The notes beneath the pieces are model-generated. The model was not told where the DNA came from. It did no database searches and saw only the letters and a program-made list of their open reading frames with translations. From positions 1 through 60,836 of the IMG/VR virus record IMGVR_UViG_3300020005_000005: DNA of 60,836 nt. One strand, given 5' to 3'. Shown here piece after piece: positions 26,679 through 35,738 of the stretch (positions are counted from its first letter, which is position 1; the number at the start of each line of letters is the position of its first letter). The DNA comes from a virus. Lineage: Duplodnaviria > Caudoviricetes. A program made the translations under genes and the position numbers.

Positions 26679-28838
26679 ATGTTTCCAAGGTTAGACTCGT
26701 CAAAAAAAGATAAAGATTATCATGTTGCCTGGGGTAGGGCAATTTTAACTTCATCAATCACAGACGACTGGTCTATGAAGTACCGAGTCATGGCTGAGTG
26801 TTACAAGTTTTTTCAGTCAGGCTCTAGCGGCGAACTAACTTCCTTCTTACAAAAAGCAGCCGACGGAAGCGACATGCCGGCGATGTGGCTCACGATGAGT
26901 TCACTCAAGTCTAAAATCGAAGTGCTCGTTGGAGAACTCGAAGAACGCGGGTATGATATTCGCGTCAGAGCGCTAAACAAAGAAGCCACCTCGCGTAAAC
27001 TTGATGAGAAGGAAAGACTTCGTGTAGAAAGGCGCCTTCAAAACATAGCTAGGTTTGCTACGGCAGAGACCGGATTACCAGTTCAAAAGGATACAGACAT
27101 TCCGCAAAGTGATGCGGAATTAGATGAGAAGATGGACAGCTACAAAGATAAAGCCGAGATCATTGTAGAGACCGCGCTGAAGTACTGCAATAAAAGAGAA
27201 GACTTCGACGACACGCGGGTCAAGTGGTTTAAGGACGTGTGGATCGCTGGCAAAATCTTTGCACGCAACCAGATTGTGAGAGGAATGCCCGAATCACCTC
27301 GAGTTGATCCATTAGCTTTTATCTACGACAGACACTGCGTCAAGGACGACCTTAGTGATAGTACTTTTTTTGGTGAAGTCTATTACATGCCGTTAGGACA
27401 GGCCGCGGAACGTTTCAATTTAACCAAGGACGAATTAGAAACTGCCAACAACGCCTACAATCAATTTGTAGGTATGACCTCGCAGTTGATGAACACACCA
27501 CAGACGAGTAATCAATTTTTTGATAGTATTCCTAACGCCACACTTGGTTGGTTTAAAAACGTAGATAATATACCTCGCGTGCTCGTGTGCAGAACTGTCT
27601 GGTCAGATTTTAAGATCAGAAAGTATAAAAACGAAGTTAATACTAAATATGGCACCGAACACCTTCAGGAGATAACGGACGAAGTTAGAAATCGCGGCAA
27701 GAGTCCTCTTATCACGAGCAAGATGAATGTGTGGCGTCAGGTCACTTTGATCGGCGGTACTATTGTCAGGGAATGGGGAGAGTGTCCCAACCAGGCAAGA
27801 GAACTGTCAAGCCTTGAGATGACCGAACCTCCTTACAAATGTTGGGTTCCTAATTACTTCTTGAGTTCTTCGGTCAGTAAGACCGAGCAAGTCGTCGGCA
27901 TAGAATTGCTCCGAGACATTGCTGCTTACAATCTCCAGTTAGCCATGAACCGGTCAGCGGGCAAAGTGGTAGCTTATGATATAGCAATGAAGCCCGAAAA
28001 CATGACCTTTGAGCAGGTAATGGGGTATGCTAAGACGGGTGGATTTATCCCGGTGAACTCCAAGGAGTATCAAATGATGAGCGGGGGCATGAAGATCATG
28101 GATTCCTACGATCTGACTATGTCGGGTGATATTAACAAGTTCTTGGAAATCATGGCCTTTCTAGATTCCCAGGTGGATACAATTCTTGGCACCTCGCCCG
28201 AACGTCAAGGTAATATACCTGTTGCTTCTCAAGCTGTGGGTGTCACACAGGCTGCCGTGGCTGGATCTAATCTCGTCACCGCACCGTACTTCAAGGGCTT
28301 TGAAAGATTTTGTAGCAGAGTGCTCAATCAGAAGGCAAAGTTTATTAAAATTGCTTGGGCCAACAGTGATAAGGAATTATTTGCACCAATTATAGGTGAT
28401 GCCGGAATAGACTTTTTAAAAGACAACATAGATATAGATCTGGATGAATTCAATGTTTGGGTAGAATCCTTGCCGCCACTGTTGCGCGACCGCGATAAGT
28501 TGGAGAATCTGGTTACCCTAGCCGTGCAAAGCGGTACTATGGAAATTCAAGATGCGCTCGCTATCCTTATGGAGCCGGACCTCAAGATTGCCGTTCGCAA
28601 GCTAATGCGCAAAGCTGCACTTCGTAAGATGATGGAAGCGCAGCAGGCGCAGGCTGAACAGCAACAAGAAGCAGCCTTGCAGGAAAAAATGAAGGCAGCA
28701 GACATGCAGAATCAGCAAATGTTGATGCAGAATCAGCAACAATTGCAGGCTCAAAAGAACCAGGGCAATATGCAAAAAACACTGGCCACTGGGCAGGTCA
28801 AACTCTCTACTGAGAAAATAAAAGCACTGACTCAGTAA
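26679..28838 (+). CDS. Portal protein
   Basis: 719 aa directly after terL; ILGTSPERQG and AVGVTQAA motifs; Gln-rich C-terminal helix. Confidence 0.85.
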   Translation: MFPRLDSSKKDKDYHVAWGRAILTSSITDDWSMKYRVMAECYKFFQSGSSGELTSFLQKAADGSDMPAMWLTMSSLKSKIEVLVGELEERGYDIRVRALNKEATSRKLDEKERLRVERRLQNIARFATAETGLPVQKDTDIPQSDAELDEKMDSYKDKAEIIVETALKYCNKREDFDDTRVKWFKDVWIAGKIFARNQIVRGMPESPRVDPLAFIYDRHCVKDDLSDSTFFGEVYYMPLGQAAERFNLTKDELETANNAYNQFVGMTSQLMNTPQTSNQFFDSIPNATLGWFKNVDNIPRVLVCRTVWSDFKIRKYKNEVNTKYGTEHLQEITDEVRNRGKSPLITSKMNVWRQVTLIGGTIVREWGECPNQARELSSLEMTEPPYKCWVPNYFLSSSVSKTEQVVGIELLRDIAAYNLQLAMNRSAGKVVAYDIAMKPENMTFEQVMGYAKTGGFIPVNSKEYQMMSGGMKIMDSYDLTMSGDINKFLEIMAFLDSQVDTILGTSPERQGNIPVASQAVGVTQAAVAGSNLVTAPYFKGFERFCSRVLNQKAKFIKIAWANSDKELFAPIIGDAGIDFLKDNIDIDLDEFNVWVESLPPLLRDRDKLENLVTLAVQSGTMEIQDALAILMEPDLKIAVRKLMRKAALRKMMEAQQAQAEQQQEAALQEKMKAADMQNQQMLMQNQQQLQAQKNQGNMQKTLATGQVKLSTEKIKALTQ

Positions 28839-28841
28839 GTT

Positions 28842-28882
28842 TGGCACGGTTTTTGTTACTATAAGCATGGCACGCTATTTGT
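28842..28882 (+). promoter_or_regulatory. Tandem sigma54-type motifs ahead of the capsid operon
   Basis: TGGCACGGTTTTTGT (28842-28856) and TGGCACGCTATTTGT (28868-28882). Confidence 0.75.
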
Positions 28883-28919
28883 TAGCTGCCAGATTTTAAT
28901 AACCTAAACCCACTTTAGC

Positions 28920-30128
28920 ATGCCAGGAGGATCCGATATTGATCGTGATATTAACAAGGACTTAGCCGACTTCGGCAAAAAACTTAAAGAACAAGCGCTC
29001 GCCAAGGGTATTCAAACACCTCCGGCGGACCAAAATACTCAGGTTGCTAATGTGCAACCTACACAAATATCAACACAGGCCGCCCAAATAGCGGCTATCG
29101 TTGAACCAACACCTCCGGCACCTGCCGCTGCTACTCCCACCCAGCCGTCTGTGACGCCTGTAAAGGATGAGCCTACAGGACCGGACTCTACCTCGACGGA
29201 TCCTCCTTTGGATACCGAAGAACCAGTACCAGCCTGGGACAAAGACCTGGAAACACCACCAGTCAAGGACGAACCTTTGACATTCGAAAGTTTAGGCAGT
29301 GCCTTAAAACTGGAGAAAACGCCAAAGTCCACCGCCGAACTGGTAGAACAATTTACAGCACAGCAACTCAAGATTAAGGCATTGGAGGCCTCCCAGGAGC
29401 AATCCTTGGATGACATCGATCCTGAACTCAAGGAAGTAGTGCAATTTGCCAAGAATAAAGGGAATTGGAAACAGTTCCTCTCCACCAAGGTAGTCAATTT
29501 CAACAATGCCGATCCAGTAAGTCTGTTCAATCAATCGGTTGAACAGCAATTTAAAAAGCCGGACGGGTCCATCGATTTTGACGCCGCCGACGCAGAACTT
29601 GCTCAGATTCCCGATGCGGTAAAACGCGCTCAGGGTAACATAATGAAGCAAAATCTGATCGCCCAGCAGGAGAACAGACGGGCGCAAATCTTGCAGGAGG
29701 CTGAACGCAGGCAGACGGATTTTAACCGTAACCTAGCAGAGGCCGCGAAGAAATTGCCTGAATATCTAACCAAAGACAAGGTAGGAATTCAGGTAGAACC
29801 CAAACACGCCGATTTCCTCTATGAGGGAATAAGAAATGGAAAGTTAGTTGAGAAACACCTCGGAAAAGTTGATATCAGTGGTATCGCTCCCGAAAAGTTA
29901 ATCAGAACACTAGCCATGGCAGAATGGGGAGAACGCATCAGCAAGACGCAATTCGACCAAGGCGTTGTTCAAGGCAAAAAGCAACTCTTAAAGAGTACGC
30001 AAAACGTGCAACTCAACACGCCGGCCATTCCGCCGGCACCAAACGTGGCTGACCCAAATAAGGTAGAAACACCGGCTGAGAAAATGGCCAAGGTGATGAG
30101 CCGAAACAAGCAGCCCGGATCACTTTAA
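28920..30128 (+). CDS. Scaffold-like capsid assembly protein
   Basis: Pro/Thr-rich acidic N-terminus and helical C-terminus; between portal and MCP. Confidence 0.65.
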   Translation: MPGGSDIDRDINKDLADFGKKLKEQALAKGIQTPPADQNTQVANVQPTQISTQAAQIAAIVEPTPPAPAAATPTQPSVTPVKDEPTGPDSTSTDPPLDTEEPVPAWDKDLETPPVKDEPLTFESLGSALKLEKTPKSTAELVEQFTAQQLKIKALEASQEQSLDDIDPELKEVVQFAKNKGNWKQFLSTKVVNFNNADPVSLFNQSVEQQFKKPDGSIDFDAADAELAQIPDAVKRAQGNIMKQNLIAQQENRRAQILQEAERRQTDFNRNLAEAAKKLPEYLTKDKVGIQVEPKHADFLYEGIRNGKLVEKHLGKVDISGIAPEKLIRTLAMAEWGERISKTQFDQGVVQGKKQLLKSTQNVQLNTPAIPPAPNVADPNKVETPAEKMAKVMSRNKQPGSL

Positions 30129-30252
30129 AATAGATTACTTTTTGTAGTCGTTTAAACCTCATAAAAAGGGGTTTATCTCGTGCTCAAAGGTAATGTCGGA
30201 AGGGGCAAACGTCCTCTTTCTCAACCTATTACTTACCTAAACTTCTCATAAA

Positions 30253-31599
30253 ATGCCATTAATTCCTGGTATAGACGTCCCCACGACCGTATCCGGCCAG
30301 GGCACCCAAGGTCGCAGCACGACTACTGGTGTCCTGTCCGGCCACTTGTATAATGCGGGGATGGAAAAACCCGAAATCCTGGAGTCCTTGATAATCAAGT
30401 ACCCGAATTATTACCTCACCGACCTCACCGAGAAAATCGCGGGTGTGTCGGGAACCATTTTTTCTGACGTGTACGCATGGCAGATCATGGACCGGACCCG
30501 TAAGGGCGCCACGGTCACTGCCGCTTCTGGCAACACCACAACTTCCGCAACGCTTACTTTGGACATCACTGCAGACGGTACCAATGACCTTGGTTACTTC
30601 CTCGTGGGCGATGAATTCAGGGTAGCAGACAGCGGTATCAATGGACGGGTAACCGCCGTTGGTAACTCGGGCGGCTTCCAGACTATCGTCGTTGCGCGCT
30701 TTGACGCCGCCGCTTGGGCAGTAGCAACAATAGCGGCCAATATGAAGATTGGCCACGTTGCCACAGGCTTCGCTCGTGGTTCGGCCGGATCTGGTGGAAT
30801 TCGTTCCTACATTCCTGGTACCGACTACAACGTCACCAACATCCACCGCAGAGGTTTCAAAATCGAACGCGGTGTGCTCGCCCAAAAGACTTGGGTGGAC
30901 AACGAGACCTGGTACTACAAACAGGAGGACTTCGAACAAAAGGAGTTCATGCGTGACTTCGAGGCCAAATTGGTCTTCGGTCAGCGCTACCTAGATCGTT
31001 CCGGTGTTAATCAAACACGTGGTTTGCAAGAGTATGCAGCCGGCTCAGGACAGACGGTCACCTTTGCATCAGCAGTAGGTGTGCAAGAGGCAGACTGGTC
31101 GCAATTGCTCCAGCAACTGTACCCTCAGCAAGGTTCGAATGACCTCATTGCTTTGTGCGGCGAGAAGATCCTCTTTGATACCAACCATGCGCTGAAGCCC
31201 AACTACAGGACGATTCCCAAAGATCAGATTCCTCAGCAACTCGCCGGGTTAAACTTCCAATCTTACGAGATTGCCGGGAAGCGTGTTCACTTTGCTTACT
31301 TTGAATTGTTCTCCGATGCGGCTGTCGTTCCAGTAGTGACACCGTCTAGCACGGCCAAAGATTTCAGAAACTACGCACTTGTGCTGGATTTTGGAACCGT
31401 GGCTGGCGCAGGTGAGCGCAACATTCAGGTTAAATATCGCGACGGTGCCAAGTTCATCCAAAAGATGATTCCAGGCATGGTGGGCGATGGTCTCCAAACC
31501 TCCAATGCATACGACGGAATCCAGGGCGAACTCTTGACCGAGTTTACCACGGCCGTTCTACTGCCTAATAGGTTGGGCCAAATCTACGCGAACTCGTAG
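30253..31599 (+). CDS. Major capsid protein
   Basis: 448 aa; position after portal and scaffold; EAKLVFG...TRGLQEY resembles HK97-fold capsids; C-ending codon bias; strong terminator follows. Confidence 0.85.
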   Translation: MPLIPGIDVPTTVSGQGTQGRSTTTGVLSGHLYNAGMEKPEILESLIIKYPNYYLTDLTEKIAGVSGTIFSDVYAWQIMDRTRKGATVTAASGNTTTSATLTLDITADGTNDLGYFLVGDEFRVADSGINGRVTAVGNSGGFQTIVVARFDAAAWAVATIAANMKIGHVATGFARGSAGSGGIRSYIPGTDYNVTNIHRRGFKIERGVLAQKTWVDNETWYYKQEDFEQKEFMRDFEAKLVFGQRYLDRSGVNQTRGLQEYAAGSGQTVTFASAVGVQEADWSQLLQQLYPQQGSNDLIALCGEKILFDTNHALKPNYRTIPKDQIPQQLAGLNFQSYEIAGKRVHFAYFELFSDAAVVPVVTPSSTAKDFRNYALVLDFGTVAGAGERNIQVKYRDGAKFIQKMIPGMVGDGLQTSNAYDGIQGELLTEFTTAVLLPNRLGQIYANS

Positions 31600-31604
31600 T
31601 CTTC

Positions 31605-31634
31605 ATGGGCCGGGCAAACGCCCGGCCCATTTTT
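31605..31634 (+). terminator. Intrinsic terminator after MCP
   Basis: 11-bp perfect stem ATGGGCCGGGC/GCCCGGCCCAT followed by a T tract. Confidence 0.9.
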
Positions 31635-31654
31635 AAACTTTTAAATTTACAACA

Positions 31655-32491
31655 ATGGCTTTAAGAAATTATAATTCACAAAATTTTATTTGGTTCATTC
31701 TGACCGGCGAAGGTCTTGATAAAGTGGGACGCGGCGGCTCGGTATCCTTCAGAGGTTACACCGATCATGCAGGCGCTCTTGGTAAGCCCGGCGCTTATCT
31801 TCAATACGTAACTAGCACGGACGGTCAAGGCAAGGCTGTCGGCAAGTACTTCACCTTTGACGAGTCGCGTAGACGCTTCCAAGTCAGGGAGGGAGAGCAG
31901 GATGTCAATCAAGTTACTCAGTATGATTTTCTGAAAAATGCTCCAGACTGCGAGGGTTCGCCAAATGGCACCTACGTAGGCGAAGGAGATTTGAGAATAC
32001 AGCAAGGTGTCCTCTATCGTGAGTTCAACAACGAGGCCGATGCCGAAATTGCACTCGACGCAGAGTCCAATAGAATCAAGGCCCAGGCAAGTGCTTATGG
32101 TCTCGATGACAAAACACTTCAGGAATTAGCAGCATTCATTGGTGAGTTTGGTCCGCCGAATAAAACAATGAAGTTGAGAGTTCTTGAGTGGGCTGGCAAA
32201 CGTCCGGCCGATTACTTTAAACTTCTTGAATCAGGTGACCGGGCACTCAGGGCCATTGTTCGAAAGGCAATAGCTGATGGTATTTTCTCTAAGAAGGGAT
32301 CTATCATTTATTGGGAATCTACAATGATCGGCGCAACTGAGGACGATGCAATATCAACCTTGGCTGGAGATCCAGCAATGTTGGAAGCACTCCAGGCGAA
32401 GGTGGACCTAAACACATCGATCAAAATAGAGAAGGATAAGCGTCCTGCAAAAGGCAGCAATAAAAAAGCAAAAGCTGTTGAAATTACCTAA
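31655..32491 (+). CDS. Post-MCP virion protein (crAss-like positional equivalent)
   Basis: 278 aa; C-terminal RAIVRKAIADGIF...IGATEDDAI; synteny. Confidence 0.6.
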   Translation: MALRNYNSQNFIWFILTGEGLDKVGRGGSVSFRGYTDHAGALGKPGAYLQYVTSTDGQGKAVGKYFTFDESRRRFQVREGEQDVNQVTQYDFLKNAPDCEGSPNGTYVGEGDLRIQQGVLYREFNNEADAEIALDAESNRIKAQASAYGLDDKTLQELAAFIGEFGPPNKTMKLRVLEWAGKRPADYFKLLESGDRALRAIVRKAIADGIFSKKGSIIYWESTMIGATEDDAISTLAGDPAMLEALQAKVDLNTSIKIEKDKRPAKGSNKKAKAVEIT

Positions 32492-32507
32492 TAACCTATC
32501 CATAATC

Positions 32508-32544
32508 AAGAGCCTGCGCGGGATTCCTCGCGGAGGCTCTTTTT
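32508..32544 (+). terminator. Intrinsic terminator
   Basis: AAGAGCCT.CGCG / CGCG.AGGCTCTT followed by a T tract. Confidence 0.8.
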
Positions 32545-32548
32545 GTTT

Positions 32549-32644
32549 ATGAGCAGAGAATCCATATACAGGCTTCTGTCTTTTCTTATTTTTATCTTAT
32601 TCATAGCTACGCTGCTTATTCTTAAAGTTTTAATTTATGGATAG
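32549..32644 (+). CDS. 31-aa single-TM peptide (possible holin or regulator)
   Basis: MSRESIYRLLSFLIFILFIATLLILKVLIYG, overlapping the CHAP start. Confidence 0.4.
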   Translation: MSRESIYRLLSFLIFILFIATLLILKVLIYG

Positions 32645-33125
32645 GGACAAAATAATTAAGGTGGCTGCGTCTCAAAATGGGTATAAAGAAGATCCACCCA
32701 ATTCCAATCTCACCAAATATAACCTTTGGTATTATGGTAAAAACACAGCAGCACCGTGGTGCGCAACTTCAGCGAGTTGGGTTTTTAACGAAGCTGGTTA
32801 TCCTCTACCAAAAATTCAAGATGGTGTAAGCGGAGCCGCTTACGTTCCGTACATCTACAGTTTCTATAAAAAGTGGAGTACGCCGGCAAAATCTAAATTC
32901 ACCATTACTCCACAAAAGGCTGATCTTGTTTTGTACGATTGGAATGGAGACAAGGTAGGTGATCACATTGGTATCTTTGTTGGCTGGGTAGTACAAGGTA
33001 AATCTTCCTATGCTTGGGAAGGGAACACAAGCCCAACTAGCGATTCAAATGGTGGAGAGTACATGCTTAGACTTCGATACATTTCACAAGTTCTGTGTTT
33101 TATTGATGCAGAATTAGCAATCTAA
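32637..33125 (+). CDS. CHAP-domain peptidoglycan hydrolase (endolysin)
   Basis: PWCA (Cys), DHIGIF (His), EGNT. Confidence 0.85.
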   Translation: MDRDKIIKVAASQNGYKEDPPNSNLTKYNLWYYGKNTAAPWCATSASWVFNEAGYPLPKIQDGVSGAAYVPYIYSFYKKWSTPAKSKFTITPQKADLVLYDWNGDKVGDHIGIFVGWVVQGKSSYAWEGNTSPTSDSNGGEYMLRLRYISQVLCFIDAELAI

Positions 33126-33137
33126 AATTAAAAATCA

Positions 33138-33836
33138 ATGGCATTAGACGTGAGTTTGTCGTTCGAGTCAATTACTGCCGATAGGCTGACTGGAACTTTA
33201 CTGGATAATACAGTGTATGGCACCGGAGGTAATCCCGCACGAGCCGCCGTTGGCGTATGGATGACTGGGACAAAAAGAAAATTTGATGACACCGTTGATT
33301 CGACTTTAACGGTCAGCGGAAATTCAAATAGTCCAAGTACGGATGTTTCATGGACCTTCAACATACCTAAAGACGGATGGTTCCGCTTCTTGTTTGTAAT
33401 CATTCCTGATTACGCCGGAGGCACAACTTATGCGTTATATGATGCCGTTCGAAATTCTTCAACCAACGTAGTCTATCGTTCTAAACAAGCGGGCAATGTA
33501 GGGCACGCGTTGACAGATACCGCCTGGTGGGAAGTTATAGCCGATCCTTCTTCTCTAGCTTCTAATGAGGGAGAGCCCAATGAGTCAGCCAATATTGCAT
33601 CCGACGTGTATGAGATAGTACCAACTCCTTCGGGGGAGTTAGCGTTTGCCAGTGCTATAGCTATTGCTTCAACCGAGGGTGGAGATGCCGATAGAGAGCA
33701 AAGTGTTCAACTTTATGAATTACTTGCTGTTCTTATAGATGGCGCATACATTCGTTCAGATAGATCGTCTTTTAGTCAGGCTGAAAGAATATGTAGAAGA
33801 ATAGAAACTATTTATACAGAAAATGGATTGATATGA
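33138..33836 (+). CDS. Virion structural protein
   Basis: 232 aa, beta-rich, at the head of the fibre cluster. Confidence 0.55.
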   Translation: MALDVSLSFESITADRLTGTLLDNTVYGTGGNPARAAVGVWMTGTKRKFDDTVDSTLTVSGNSNSPSTDVSWTFNIPKDGWFRFLFVIIPDYAGGTTYALYDAVRNSSTNVVYRSKQAGNVGHALTDTAWWEVIADPSSLASNEGEPNESANIASDVYEIVPTPSGELAFASAIAIASTEGGDADREQSVQLYELLAVLIDGAYIRSDRSSFSQAERICRRIETIYTENGLI

Positions 33837-34660
33837 GTATAGGAATTTATACTATTATTTCTCCAACCAGCAAGGTCTACGTAGGACAAAGTTGGGATAT
33901 ATCAAGACGCTGGAGGTCTTATAATAGACTGAGTTGCTCTGATCAACCTGCTATTTATAATTCTCTCAAGAAGCATGGTCCAGAGGCACATGATTTTGAA
34001 ACTATTTTAGACTTCACACAAGACGTCACCCAAGCAGAACTAGACTGGTGGGAACAAATTATGATGGATTATCATCGTGAAAAGGGAGACGAATTACTTT
34101 TTATAAGAGACGCCGGCTCTAATGGTAAACAAGCAGAAGAAACTAAAAGGAAACTAAGTGAATCTAAAAAAGATAAAAAAAGAAAACCATTTACGGCAGA
34201 ACATCAACAAAAATTAAAAGATCGCTGGACATACCAACCTCATCCCTGGGAAGGTAGAAATCATTCGGGCGAATCTCGACAAAAAATGAGTAATTCTCAT
34301 AAAGGAAAAAATACAGGAAATAAAAATCCTATGTTTGGTAAAACTCATTCCGAACTAGCAAAATTAAAAATTAGCAAAGCGTGGAAAGGCAAAAAACATC
34401 GTCCTGAGTCTATTTTAAAAATACAAAAAGCTACTGCGGGCGAAAATAATCCGATGTATAGTAAGTTCGGAATAGAGCACGGTGCCTCCAAGACAGTTGT
34501 TCAATTAACCAAAGAAGGAAAATTTGTTAAAAACTGGGATTGTATATCGGATGCCGGTAGATTTTTGCAGATGAAAAGTACATCTAACATAAGTGGGTGT
34601 TGCAGAGGCAAGCGTAAAACCGCGGCAGGATTTAAATGGAAATACAATGTCAGTAAGTAG
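33833..34660 (+). mobile_element. Free-standing GIY-YIG homing endonuclease with multiple NUMOD3 motifs
   Basis: GIYTIISP..KVYVGQS; HSGESRQKMS, NPMFGKTHS; CCRGKRKTAAGFKWKY. Confidence 0.88.
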
Positions 34661-35738
34661 GCCACGAGTTATTTTAGACCGTATAACTTTCGGCGCAGGG
34701 GGTGTCAAGAACTCAATTGTCATCGACAGTTCTGATAACTTTATTGAACTTGATGGCGATCAGTTGGCGCCAGGTAATAATCAAGTATATGGTACTAATG
34801 CTTCCGGCATTAAAGGTTGGAAGGCTGATGTTAGTTCAGTCATATCCGACGGGTCAATCACCAATGCCAAGTTAGCCAACGAAGCCCAATCAACCATCAA
34901 GGGTCGCGCGGCGGGTGCTGGTACAGGAGCACCACAGGATCTCACCGCTGCTCAAGTAAAAACAATCTTGACTTATTTAGGGACCGAGGTTGGGAATACT
35001 CCAGCCGGTAGCATAGCCGCTACTACAGTTCAGGCAGCTATCAACGAACTCGATTCTGAGAAGCAACCGCTCAACGGAGATCTAACCGCACTCTCCAACC
35101 TTTCTGCGGCGAATAACACCCTTATTCAACGCATAACTGGCGTATTAACCACTCAAACACCAGCACAAGTAAAAACCAGCATGGCTTTTGTTAAAGCCGA
35201 TGTAGGTCTTGGTAATGTAGACAATACATCTGATGTTAATAAGCCGGTATCCACCGCGCAAGCCGCGGCCAATAATCTTCGTGTTTTAAAGTCAGGTGAC
35301 TCCATGACCGGTCCGCTTTCCATGGGTGCCAACAAGGTTACCGATTTGGCTAATGGAAGTAACGCACAAGATGCGGTCAGCTTTTCTCAAATGAACACGG
35401 CTATATCGGCCGCGGTGACATCAACCAACGGATTAATAACTACAATTGTCAATATTGGCGATTGGAATATGGATAGCACCGGTTTGGTAACAATAGCGCA
35501 CGGGCTGACACTTTCCAAGATAAGGATTGTAGAAGCAATGATAATTGCCGACGGCGGAGGAACAGTTACACCAATAGACTCAGGCGATCCGGGAGCTGCT
35601 GGAACAATAGGTGGTGGTATACAAATAAATTCAAGTAGTGTTTTATTAATAAGAACAACGGGCGGTTTTTTTGATAACACAAATTACGACGCTACATCCT
35701 TCAATAGAGGATTCATTACTATTCAATCGATTCCATAA
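34647..35738 (+). CDS. Tail fibre protein
   Basis: KADVGLGNVDNTSD, GDSMTGPLSMG, DGSITNAKLA fibre motifs; ATG 34647. Confidence 0.75.
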   Translation: MSVSRPRVILDRITFGAGGVKNSIVIDSSDNFIELDGDQLAPGNNQVYGTNASGIKGWKADVSSVISDGSITNAKLANEAQSTIKGRAAGAGTGAPQDLTAAQVKTILTYLGTEVGNTPAGSIAATTVQAAINELDSEKQPLNGDLTALSNLSAANNTLIQRITGVLTTQTPAQVKTSMAFVKADVGLGNVDNTSDVNKPVSTAQAAANNLRVLKSGDSMTGPLSMGANKVTDLANGSNAQDAVSFSQMNTAISAAVTSTNGLITTIVNIGDWNMDSTGLVTIAHGLTLSKIRIVEAMIIADGGGTVTPIDSGDPGAAGTIGGGIQINSSSVLLIRTTGGFFDNTNYDATSFNRGFITIQSIP

